Assembly (NCBI GenBank): GCA_003693705.1
Contig: RBZT01000809.1
Coordinates: forward strand, 62,001 to 126,000
DNA: 64,000 nt
Reading direction: 5' to 3'
From: Polymyxa betae A26-41
Lineage: Eukaryota > Protista > Endomyxa: Phytomyxea
Below are positions 36,655-48,100 of this stretch, piece after piece; positions within the stretch are counted from its first letter, which is position 1, and each line of letters begins with the position of its first letter. The notes beneath the pieces are model-generated. The model was not told where the DNA came from. It searched no databases and worked only from the letters and a program-made list of their open reading frames with translations. A program made the position numbers and the translations under genes.

Positions 36655-36870
36655 CTCTGCTGGATTCAAATGGATGTTATACGGCGTTTTATCTACGGTG
36701 CACTGGACGATGAGCTATACTTTGAAATCGACGGCGAGGCAGACGATGCTGTTGATAATGAGCGATATATGCCTGCGATGTATTGTGTCTGTTGGCAACC
36801 TCCATTCCATCCAGAATTCGCTGAAGCCATCAAGTCGTATTCGTTCACTGAATCAACATACGAGAACCTG
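36655..36870 (+). pseudogene. Ty1/Copia reverse-transcriptase fragment
   Basis: QMDVIRRFIYGALDDELYF resembles the Copia RT motif QMDVKTAFLYG.L.EEIYM. FAEAIKSYSFTESTYE resembles the downstream L...GF..S..D segment. Confidence 0.65.
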
Positions 36871-37141
36871 GTCGATGTGAGCCATCAGCAGGTCCCTCAC
36901 TTCTTCCAGTTTCCTATGAACGAAGGCGGCAATAGCATCGCTCATTTCTTCATTGGATGGGTTCAGGGCAAATGTCCTGGTCAAAGAGCCATTACATTCG
37001 TTGCTGACGAAATCCACAAATACTGAATTCTGAAACTTTCTTTTTCTAGCAAATTGTTCTCGATAGCAACCTACACAGAATGGTGCTGAAATTGAATATG
37101 AATGTTATATTATACAAGAATAAATTAGAAATGGAATAAAT

Positions 37142-38967
37142 TTACAATTGAATAGATACGAGCGGCTCGGTGGAATTCTCGTCATCGCTATCGCAAGAGG
37201 TCGCCTTTCTCTCTGGAGACCGCTTCCGATTTCTGCCAATCCGCAGCGATAGAACCGCCAAAATCACGGCACAGTTCGATACGATGACGAACGGGATCCA
37301 GCCCATTCTCCTTGACGAGCTGCTGGCCCAAACCAAACCTAAACGATTCTCAACCAATGCACATCGAGATAATCAACAAGCTGACTGATTAGCAGAGGGG
37401 CGACAGCACGTCCAGCCGATGCAGTAGCGCTAGCCAGGCCATTCACCAGACCTCTCATATGATCAGGTGATGCATTTGCGATCAGAATATTAGCGCTTGT
37501 ATAGGCAGTCGCTTCTGGGATGGTTCGCAATGAGAGCGATATGGACAGGAACCACATCGTGTATGAGCTGAAATAACGAGCCAGCCATGGTAATGGTGCT
37601 GAGACAACACATTCAGCGCGTTCCTCTCAAGCTGAAAATCGCTCACCTAGCAGAACCAGCAAGAAGCAAGAAGAGCGAAAGCAGCGAAGAGCAGATATAC
37701 ATTTAGCAATATACCTGTAAATCAAGCCTTGATATAAAATCAGAACGATGCCCTCTATAGCTGAATGCGTGCATTAGCGTCTTTTGATTATCACGGATTC
37801 GGTTCCTACCGAAAATGTTACCAACATCATAGCTAGAGAGCCCGAGGCCACCAGACGCTCTCGTTGACTCACAGAAAATCGCCAGCAGCTCGGTCAGGGC
37901 GATTTCGATGAGAGCCAATATCCCATCTTAGACAAGAATCAAACAGCCAAAAATAGGGACTAAAACGTCGCCTTACAATTAACAATCATTGTGAGCAGAT
38001 CGCTGTTTAACCGGAAATGCATCGGAAATTGAACAGGATCCAGAGGGGTGGCGTTCTTGCCTGCCAAGACCGCCATCTCGACGCATTTTGCACCGATCGC
38101 ATCGCGTCCAGCAAAAGCCGGCGATTCCGGCAGCCAGATGGCGCAGACGACCAGCGTCACGAGAACCAGTACGGCGCTGACGGCCGAGACCAGAAACGCG
38201 TATGGCAGATCGACGATGTTCAGCGACTCGATGCGGCACACGCCGGCTAATAGGCCGCCTGCCATTGGTGCTACAAGCTGAGCCAGCCCGTACATCATAC
38301 AGACAGAAGCGAACGCCTGGTTGGGAACGATTAGACAAACCCTAAACCCTAAACCCATCACTCACCTGGGCTTGATCGTGTTCAGAAGAGATCTCAGCGA
38401 TATAACTCTTCGTGATTGAAATGTTCGAAGAAAATGCCCCTACAATCATCCCTTCAATATCTTTTCTATTTACCGTATTCGCTTAAAACCCTTTTGTTGA
38501 GAAAAAATGCTGCTTACCGGTAAAGGTGTATGCGAACAAAGCTGAACCGAAATCACGGCTGCATCCAAATAGAAAGATTCCCAAAGCTGATCCAGCAATA
38601 CCTGAAGCTTGTCAAAAAGGAAAAATATTCTTGTTCAGGTAGCATACCGAACAATAAGGTTGGCCGACGCCCGAATCGATCTGAAACCCAGCCCCAGACG
38701 ACGGCAGCCGCCATGGCGGCCAGGAAGAATGCACTGCCGATCATTCCGACCTTCACATTGTTCGAATATTGAGTTTCGTCTTCCGATAGAGCTCGGTCAG
38801 CCGGGAATTGACGAACCATTAATGGCAGCAAAGGAACAACGACTAAGAATGCTATCAGCAGGGATTCGGACGCGTCGAACAAGGATACCGGTTCCAAGCC
38901 ATCCTTCGATGAATTGAATGAGAGACAATAAACAGAGTATAGTTCGTCTATTAATCCCAGATTCCAT
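37142..38967 (-). CDS. Major facilitator superfamily transporter (ZIFL/TetA-like), multi-exon
   Basis: Motif A WGWVSDRFGRRPTL, GGLGLSSYDVG, HMRGLVNGLASATASAGRAVAP and multiple TM segments. Start MESGINRR at 38967, first intron 38843-38888. Confidence 0.88.
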
Positions 38968-39482
38968 ATACAGTGATTCAGATATACTGTATAATAAAGG
39001 ATGGCCTAAAGGCGGAACCCTGAAACGAAAGAAGCCCTACCGCGCAATTACTGCATCATTATTCTATCAAGATTAATCTGTCTTACGATATACCTGGTAC
39101 AGACTTGTCAAACGCCGAGAAAAAAATATCTATATATTATCTGTATCGAAATTAGGCTTAGAATGATTACACTGAAGATATACTTGGGTATAATTTACTT
39201 TAGATATTGACAGAAATATTGCAAAAGCACAAAATATTTAAAAATCTTGAACTTGTGGTCAGAACTTCTGTTTTATAGAGCCAAATGTTGGCATATCGGA
39301 AAGGGTAAACATGGTGAAAATTCGCACATCTGCAAGAGAGAACATCATTCCACATAATGAGAAGACAACAGTTGCTGCAGTGAATTTCAATCACGCCAAA
39401 ACCTACCTGTGAAAATATCTGAAGATTCGCTTATGTACTGATGGGATCACTTCGGCTGATAAATGTGCCTAGTCGCTGCTGA

Positions 39483-40365
39483 ATGCGAAAACTCGCCGAA
39501 CATTCCAGGCCGGTGAAACCGCCACCAATTTATTCCAACCAAGATGTTCGATCACTTCGTCGGAAAATTGAGTGTGCCGAATCAATGTTAACAGGCTATC
39601 TGGACCAGTTGAATGTTTCCTATAAAACCGGCATACAACACCAAAGACAAGTGCAAACAGCAAGGGAGGGCAATGATTTGTCAGTCCAGGCTATAAAGGT
39701 ACGAGCACGTATCTCAAGATTCCAGTAAGGTTACGCCTATACAGATGGAAGCTATAGCAGAAAAACAAGCCGCTGAGATCGCTCAACTGAAGCAAATGCT
39801 GGAAGTGAAGTCGCACGAAATCGACAGCGTCATGAAACGACTCGATACCACAAAGAAGCATTACGAAGTACAGGATTTCAGAACAAAATGCAATCTGACA
39901 AATCTATAGGAAGAGGTAGCGCTCAGAAAACGATTTGAACACGAAACTCATCGAGCGATCAAAGAACTCGAACAACTTCGCAGAGAGTTCAATCGAGCCA
40001 AGGTTGCCAAACCTGAAGATCCTATATCGCCTTGGACTGAAGGTAATGCACTGCCAATCAAGCAAGACCAAGAGAGGCCTCCGCTAGCGAGAAGTAAACT
40101 AAAACCGAAGCCAATACGACCCAAGATAGAGAAGAAATCGATCGGCGTGAACACTGACGACACAGAACCAGTTCAGGTTCAACAACCGGATGTCAAGACA
40201 CCTTTAACTTGGGATATCTTCGCTAAAACAGCCGATAATGGCGAGAAACAGAGTATGCTTAGAAAACTGCAAACTGTGAGAAGAGAGAATAAACACCTGA
40301 AAACTGCCCTGAAGCGCAATACCATCATTACAAAGGCGTTGACCCTTCTCGGACATGATCAATAA
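39483..40365 (+). CDS. Hypothetical coiled-coil protein, multi-exon
   Basis: Short GT-AG introns link heptad-rich exons (MEAIAEKQAAEIAQLKQMLE; MLRKLQTVRRENKHLK). Confidence 0.55.
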
Positions 40366-40402
40366 ACGGCACAATAACGGTTCTCCAGATGTTTATATCA
40401 AC

Positions 40403-41863
40403 TTAACCTTGAAGAAGTCGGTCGATCGCAGCTTGCACATTACCGCCGGTCGCCAGCAGCGCCGCTAGATTGGCAGCAGCATCTGTAAAACCCATATCGT
40501 TAAGTTGTGAGAGCTGGTCGCGATACAGAATTTCGGGTTGAACACCAGAAGCAGGAGCTCTTGCCGCATTTGTAGCAGCCGGTGGCATGAAGAAACTTGA
40601 GAAAGGGTTTGGGGGCTGGGCAGCAGCCGCACCTGTGTTAGCACCCTGCGACATTTGAAGAATGCTTTGAATGACAGCTGGGTTGGCCATCGACTGCAAA
40701 AGAGCCGGGTTGCTCATCATAGAGGCCATGGCAGGGTTCGATTCCATCATCTGCCTCATGAGCGGGTTGGCGTTGATTACAGCCTGCATCTGAGCAGGGT
40801 CGGAAAGCATCTGTTGCATCATTTGCATAAAAGCGGGATTTTGCATCATCTGCGACATCATTTCTGGTGACATCTGTGGCATATATCCGCCGAAAGGATT
40901 GGCAGCCGGCCCGCTTGCTCCTTGCTGATTTTGTTGTTGCATAAAAGCGTTCATGAGCCCGCTCATGTCTGGCATAGCTGCATTTCCCTGAGAATTTGCT
41001 GACGGCGCCCAAGGGTTAGGCAGAGGAGCAGTGTTTGGAGAGTTCGAAACGGTTGGAGATTGTCGCGGTTGTGTACTAGAAATGGGAGGCCTGTTGATTT
41101 CGGCTGCCGCCTCCATCATAGGTTCTTGAACATTTTCATACAAGCGACGAAGAGCATTGAACCCTTCTGGATGTGCTTCAATATTGCTCATTGCCCTGTC
41201 ATTGGTCCTCATCATCTCCCTCATCAAATTCGGGTTAGCCGCCATCTGCATCGACTGACGAATCATTTCTGGGTCGTTGAGTACTTGAGCCAGTTCCGGA
41301 TTCTGATCGAAAATCTGCCGGAACTGAGGATTGCTCTGAAAAATGTTCTGAATCATTTCTGGATTTTCCATCAGCGACTGCATCATCGGTGAATTCATTA
41401 TAGCCTGCATTTGTTCAGGGTTGGACATTAATTGCTGCTGCATCTGAGCGAAGTCAAGACCGGCGCTGGGGAAAAACGCAGGGAACGAATTCGCAGATGC
41501 CGGCCCGGCAGCACCTGTTTGGCCCATTCCCGAAGGCATTGCGAATGCTGGAGCAGCAGCTGCCGGTGCTGCTGGAGAAGCAGCAGCGGCCGCCGCTGGA
41601 GAAGACGCAGGCTGAGATGGAGCCTCGGCACGAGGCTTCGAACCGCGAACCAGAATAACGGTCTGGCCACCCTCTATCGAATAGCTAGAGAGAGTCCTGC
41701 CGTCCTGAAGAACATGACCTTTGTAGATTAGACGTTGCTGGTCACTAGGCACCGTAATCTGCCCCTCGATCTGAGACTTCAGGTCGGCGACTGTTTGCTC
41801 CAGCTCAGCGTCAACCACAAATTTGTCACCATTTGTGCATTTGATATTGATGATCTGCGTCAT
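40403..41863 (-). CDS. DSK2: Ubiquilin/Dsk2 (UBL-STI1-UBA)
   Basis: N-terminal UBL (QQRLIYKGHVLQDG), STI1 Met/Gln/Asn-Pro repeats, DRAMSNIEAHPEGFNALRRLY, C-terminal UBA (YRDQLSQLNDMGF...ATGGNVQAAIDRLL). Confidence 0.95.
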   Translation of the reverse strand: MTQIINIKCTNGDKFVVDAELEQTVADLKSQIEGQITVPSDQQRLIYKGHVLQDGRTLSSYSIEGGQTVILVRGSKPRAEAPSQPASSPAAAAAASPAAPAAAAPAFAMPSGMGQTGAAGPASANSFPAFFPSAGLDFAQMQQQLMSNPEQMQAIMNSPMMQSLMENPEMIQNIFQSNPQFRQIFDQNPELAQVLNDPEMIRQSMQMAANPNLMREMMRTNDRAMSNIEAHPEGFNALRRLYENVQEPMMEAAAEINRPPISSTQPRQSPTVSNSPNTAPLPNPWAPSANSQGNAAMPDMSGLMNAFMQQQNQQGASGPAANPFGGYMPQMSPEMMSQMMQNPAFMQMMQQMLSDPAQMQAVINANPLMRQMMESNPAMASMMSNPALLQSMANPAVIQSILQMSQGANTGAAAAQPPNPFSSFFMPPAATNAARAPASGVQPEILYRDQLSQLNDMGFTDAAANLAALLATGGNVQAAIDRLLQG

Positions 41864-42186
41864 GTTCCTGCTGGTGTCGCTAGAAACGGGACGAGAATGA
41901 GACTGAAATCGGTCTTAACTGCGACACGAAAGCACACAGTCTACGAGAATCAGGTAGACAACAATAAAGTGCGTATTGGGTGGAAAAGAGACTGCAATCC
42001 ACGATCAGAAGCAAATGGGGGACGCGGCCTCCATCATAGATTTTCTCGTTCCCTTTGATTCTAGACGCTCCTTTCATGGTATGTGTAATTTCCATTGAAT
42101 GCGGATTGTCTGTTGATAAATTAGGAGAAACATCAACTAGAGTAGGAATGGAATAGGTACAATGTATTTGTTTGAATATTATTCTG

Positions 42187-45100
42187 CTATGTAGACTCGG
42201 ATAGGTTTCTTTCGATTTCGACTGGATTCGCATCTTCAAGTGGTATGTGAAGATTCCGTCTAGACTGGACCCGCAAAGCGGATTTATATCTTGAGTGGGT
42301 GGCCATTATCATGTCGAATGCCGGGCCAGGCTGAGATAACCACACTAAAAGCCACGATGGGCCTTTGCTATCTATACCCGTTACAGAGAAGATCTTGATT
42401 CCATGCTCGATGAGTTCAAATGATTTGATACTGCTCCAGGCAATAAACCACAGTAACTTGGGGGCATGTCGGTCGTGAAAAATCTGAAACGCAGCGATTC
42501 CTCGAATCAGAACAGCATAAGCACGAACGTCGTTCATTAGGCCGCCGATAAACACGTGATGGATGGTGGCGTCAATAGGAGGTTTGGCCGAATACAAAGC
42601 ATCAACAATTAATGCATCAATACCGTTGTAAATTCGGATTGATCGCCCAGGACCGTAGAAGGCGCGAGGCAAGCGGAAATGAACAGACGAATGGATGAGC
42701 GAAGAGCGCCGACGGAAATAGTCAGGAGTTCTGGCAATTCCGGTCCCGAGATGATTAATTGCATCAAAGACGCCGACAATGGGAGATGCAACCGCTTGAG
42801 CTACACCTTTTCCAATTCCGACAGCAATTCCAACACCTCCAGGGTGTCGCCGGTAATGTTTGATAGGCTCGCGAACTAGAGCTGCGATTCCGTTAAAAAC
42901 ACCCAATCCAAAACTTCGACCTCCACGAAGTAAGCCCTAGGTCTGGTCAGAACTGCAGAATTGCAAATCAGAGCAGATCTTACATCGACAATATGATGTG
43001 GCTTATTGCCAACATCTAACGCTCGGCGACTGGTGAAGTCTTTGTCAAACGTTAACGCTAGCATAAGTTAGTAGAATCCCGAAGTACAGGGTAATATCAC
43101 TTACCAGATATAACATCACCAAAGCCAGCTGAAAGCCCAGTGATCGGCATCATCAGCCCTCTAGCAGTGTGGTCTACAAGACTAAACGTCCCTCGAGTCA
43201 AACCTCCTCTGATATTCCCCTGCTTCAGGCTGGATTGAATTTCTTTTCGGAAATCGCGAACTCCTGCACGGAACGTCGATAAGATTGGCACAACCCCTCC
43301 TAACGCCAGCTTGTTATATCCAAATGAAGCCAAGAATTCCAGTAAAAGTGATCCTTTGTAATCAGCAAGAAGCTGCTCTCGAAGGGAGTTAGTTCGATCG
43401 CATAGACGTACATACTCATGGCCGGGTCTTCGAATTGGTTTAGCTTCCAGATTTGTCAGTAACACACCTAGAAGATGTGCCAGCCCAATACGTTCACGAA
43501 GATATTCGTGTGAAAGCGATTCTTGCGCCTTTCGAACAGACAGCTGCATTTTTATCGTCGGTGTTCTTAAAACTTCGAAATACATTAATTGTGTAATGCC
43601 AAACGATGGTGATACTGGATCGAGATTGATGGCGTCATAAGACTGTTTACCAGCGTCCAACTGAAAAGCCTTTTGTACAGATCGTACAAATTCCAAAACA
43701 GTGACGATATAGGTTTCTTCAAGATTGACGACAAAAGGTTGGACTGCTAAATCGAACAACTTGTAGTATTTCATGTGGGACGTATGGAAGGATCGAATGC
43801 ATTGAAACCAAATGAAAGAATGGGATGGACTGCATTCGCTTTTGATAACATTCGGAAAAGCGAAGGAAGAGTTTTGCTCAAGGCAAAGCTGGTTATCGAT
43901 CCGCAGAGCATCTAGAGTTATCTCAATATTTTGAAGACAAGATGAACGGGTTAGTGTAGCTTCTGTTGAAAGTAATTCAATTAGCATCAATTCCGTTCGA
44001 GAGTTACTAATCAAAGAAAACACGGCTTCTTCAATATGGACTACAATCTTCAACCAACAATCCGGTTGCGAATCCGAGGAGTGGTCATTGTAAGCTTGAA
44101 CGACACGTTTGGCGCGTGTTTCACTCGGCGTTATTAATACCACATTGGTGTCCCCATCAGCGTATACGCTGACAAACGCAGAATCTGATAGTGCCGAGAT
44201 GACACCAATGGTATCGATTTCGACATTGTATCTGGAATCTTGAATTTTGACACAAAGAAATCGATCTTTGACGGATAATAAATCCCAAGCAAACTTTGAA
44301 TAGACCATATTGGGTTCAATTTTGCCTATATTCAATAAGCCAATGGAACCGTAGGCTGGGAATTTTTTACCATTCACATTCATGGGTGAGTTCAACTGGC
44401 TTATTGTAACAGGAGTGCTGAGTTCGTTGCGAATAGAATACCGCGGCCGCGAAGGATCGCTCTCGCCAATATAAAGAATCACAGATGCTTTATGCAATGA
44501 GATCTGCAATTGTAAAATACGATGATTATCGTTGACATTGCTGTTCGAAACACGAAGAACATGCAAACCGACACAGTTGATGTCGAATCCAGATGACCAA
44601 TACATAGAACCATTGCATACAGCTCCAACACGAACATAGGTTGCTCTTATGCTCTTTTCTGTTTCAAACGGGATTCGGTTGAAAAAGAAGGCCCTCTGCT
44701 TCCCAGGCCGAACTACGCAGATATTGAACGAATCTGAAAGCTGCTGCACACAAACATTGGATGAGTTCTCTGAGAAAGAATTCCAGACAATATATCTACG
44801 AGGGCCAGCTTAGTTGAATTGAGAAAAACACTGTTCACCCAGACCTAGGCACAAAGGACGCAATCCAAGTATCACGAAAAGGATGACGGGCTGGTGAGAT
44901 ATGGATGCCAAGATCAAGAATTCTGCCAAAATCGTGAGTGAACATCGTCAATACACGGGTGTCAGTTCCATGAAGCAAATTGATTGGGGAACTCCAATCT
45001 GACTTGCAAGTTTTAACACAGATGTGTGATGTTGAATATCGACTAGTCAATTGTTTTCGCCCACCCGGGGAAAACATACAAATCGGTAAAGCAGCTGAAT

Positions 45101-48100
45101 CGTTCATCAACATACGAGCTCGAGAGTATCGCCTTCTTCGCACAAGATATTTCTTCTTGTGTTCTGCATGGAAGGTTTTGCTAAAGTTCTTAGAATATGC
45201 CCATCCATTGTCGTCGGTTTCCACAGGATCAGTATCGACAGTCCAGCCGCTATCAACCCAGGTCCAGTCAGGTCCCGGCAGCTGCTCGCTGCTTAATGTC
45301 GCTGGACGTCCTTCTATATCACTCCAGGAAGGACGATCTCCAGGTAATAATTTTGCTGACCATCCTTTTCCTGGATACCACCTAAAAAGGCATTACATAA
45401 CTTAAAAAGGGAGTCGGTTTTCTGACCGACCTTTGATTCTCGTAAACGTAATCGATTATCTACAAATAGCACACATTAATACCTTGTACAAATGGATAAA
45501 AATTTTACCTGTCTCCCGTTTTGGCCTGGAAGTATAACCCCCTTGGACGAACCGAAAAGGAGCTCCACGCCGGGCACTTGATTCAGGAGCCATAGTCGGG
45601 TATAAAGAGTGATTCGGAATAGAGCACGTCCATTCAGCTTACTTTCATAATCATCCACAGCAATGATTCGTGCAATCTCTACAACCACATACAAAGCAGC
45701 ACCAAACCGGTCCTGAATAGTAATCGTCATGGTAGTTCGACGACCATCGTCCATTTGCGATTTTTCCGCAAAAACGGCAATAGAATTAGACCATTCAAAA
45801 CCTTGCATAGAGAAGCGCAGTTGCACATCAGTGCTGCCGTCGATTGTCTCAATTTGCCTTTTAAACCCGTCATCAATACGCACCATTGACCCATCATCGA
45901 ATTTAACGTCGATTGGATATGGTAAATGATTCCGAATATCAAGCGGAGCTCGGACTGTTATGGCCAGACGACCTGGCCATAAACCTCCACTGGATGCACA
46001 CAGAAAAACGTAACGGTTTCCACCGACACAAAAAACGTGTTCGCTGCGTCGTTTGCGACGTAATGCTGAAAGAGACAGCCGACCTAGCTGACGAACAGAA
46101 TCGCCATCTTCGACGACACCAATACAGAAAGCATCCCAAGCACAATACAACAACGGCGCCCATCTGGTTTGCGATGGATCCAGGTCCAGCTCATGCTGGG
46201 CATCGCCATTGAAAAAGACGATTCGAAGATGAAGTGAGGTGCAATTGAAATAACCAACAGATGAATGAGCACTGAGCACTGCATGTCCGTTTTCGATCAG
46301 AGCTTCAAGCACCAGTCCGTCTTGCGGCAGACGATGATCTTTGCCGGGAGGAATCGGGATAAGTGCAAACTGAAAAGCGCCAACATTACCAACATATGCG
46401 TTTGGGATTGCTAACCATTGATCCCCAACAGTCAGCGATAAAGGATGAGCAGGTTCCCATGGGTTTGAACCTAATCCGATTTTCAATCGAAAACAGCGAA
46501 TTTCTCAACAGCCTCATTACCTAAGCATTCTAAAGAAGAAGAGGCCATATCTTCCAGAACGCCGTTCATGTTATTGCAGTGCCATCTAAGCACAACCCTG
46601 AATACACTTTGAGCTTTGGACTATAGCAAGAGAATACCGATTCAGACCCACTAAAATTTTTTAAAGTAAATGCACAAGCGCTAACGGATGTCGATGTGGC
46701 GGCAGTGCGACTTGGCACCCCCAATGAAAATAAACTGGATATCGTATCGGCAGAAACGTTGAAGCGAACTGGTTCATTTAGGAATACTTGAATGGTATTC
46801 TCTATATTGCTTTCCATCAGATTTGTGATCAAGTTGGATGCCGATGAGTGTTCTAACAATGCAGGTGATTGTGAATTGAATGGATAATTTTGCATTCCAG
46901 TACGGGTCAACGAAAACTGCAAAGTAAACGGCTCTAATACAGGCTCCCAAACAGCTACTTTCGGGTGCAGAAAATCGGATTGCAGCGATGCACTAAAAGA
47001 ACAATTTTCCATGCCACCATGAGAACACCAAGCTAAAAGCAGCGGATGAAGCCCAAAAGATATTGTAAATAACGCATCTCGAGCGACATTTTTGCCAACG
47101 GGATTGTCATTGCGACATAAAGATATAGCAAAGGATTTCAGCTCCAACCGAGCCGACAATTTTTCAAAACCACTAGTAGTGGAACAAGACGAAGAGGAGG
47201 AACTGGGAATAGCATTCAGAAAGCTACTGCACAAACTGGAGATACGACCATAATCTTCAGCACACAGATATGTTGAAACATTCCCAATCTTGATATCTAG
47301 ATCGGCGTTTGAGGGAGTAACAGTAGAATCGAATGCTATTCGAAATTCATTCACGTCAGCAGGGTTATCTTTAAAGTTTAACAGCTGATACTTGCCAGAG
47401 TCCCAATCTGACTCCCAGGAGCGGAATCCAAATAATTCTAACGAGTTGAAGGCGACTGAAATTGTCTGCGATCCATCTTGTGAACTGACATTAGTCGTCA
47501 GTGAGGACGAAAGACGAATCGCTGGTTGCTCATAAGCGACTAAGCAGACATGTATTGGTTGCAGATGAAAAACGAGCTCTCTTCTTGCTTGAGATAAAGT
47601 CGGCCTCGGACCGATACCATCTGATATGGAATCGATGAGCTGATGATTACCGACATCAAGGCAGCGTATCAGAGATAGCATGAAATTCGATAGCGCAGAA
47701 GGCATCGATGTAAAACTAATTGGTTCTGTCCATAACATAGCAGAACAAAAAACATTACAGATAGTCTCTCTTTCAGCATCATTGATCTTTAGAAAGTTGA
47801 TCAGATGGGCAATAGATAACAAAATGTGACGACTCCATTTTGGTAAATGAATGATTGCCTTATCCATCAAGATTCCACTGTATCTGAACTGGAAAGGAAT
47901 TACGGGATCGCTCTGGCTTCTCAGTATATGTAACAACAGGGCTATCAGCTCCGGTACAAGCGCCGATGTGGATTTTTCATTTCCCAATACTGACTTCAGC
48001 AATAGAGGGGACTGGAACAGCACAGTCAACGATGATTGAAATTGCGACACAATTGACAGAGGCTCCTCGACGATGCGATTCTTGATTGAAGCAAGCAGAA

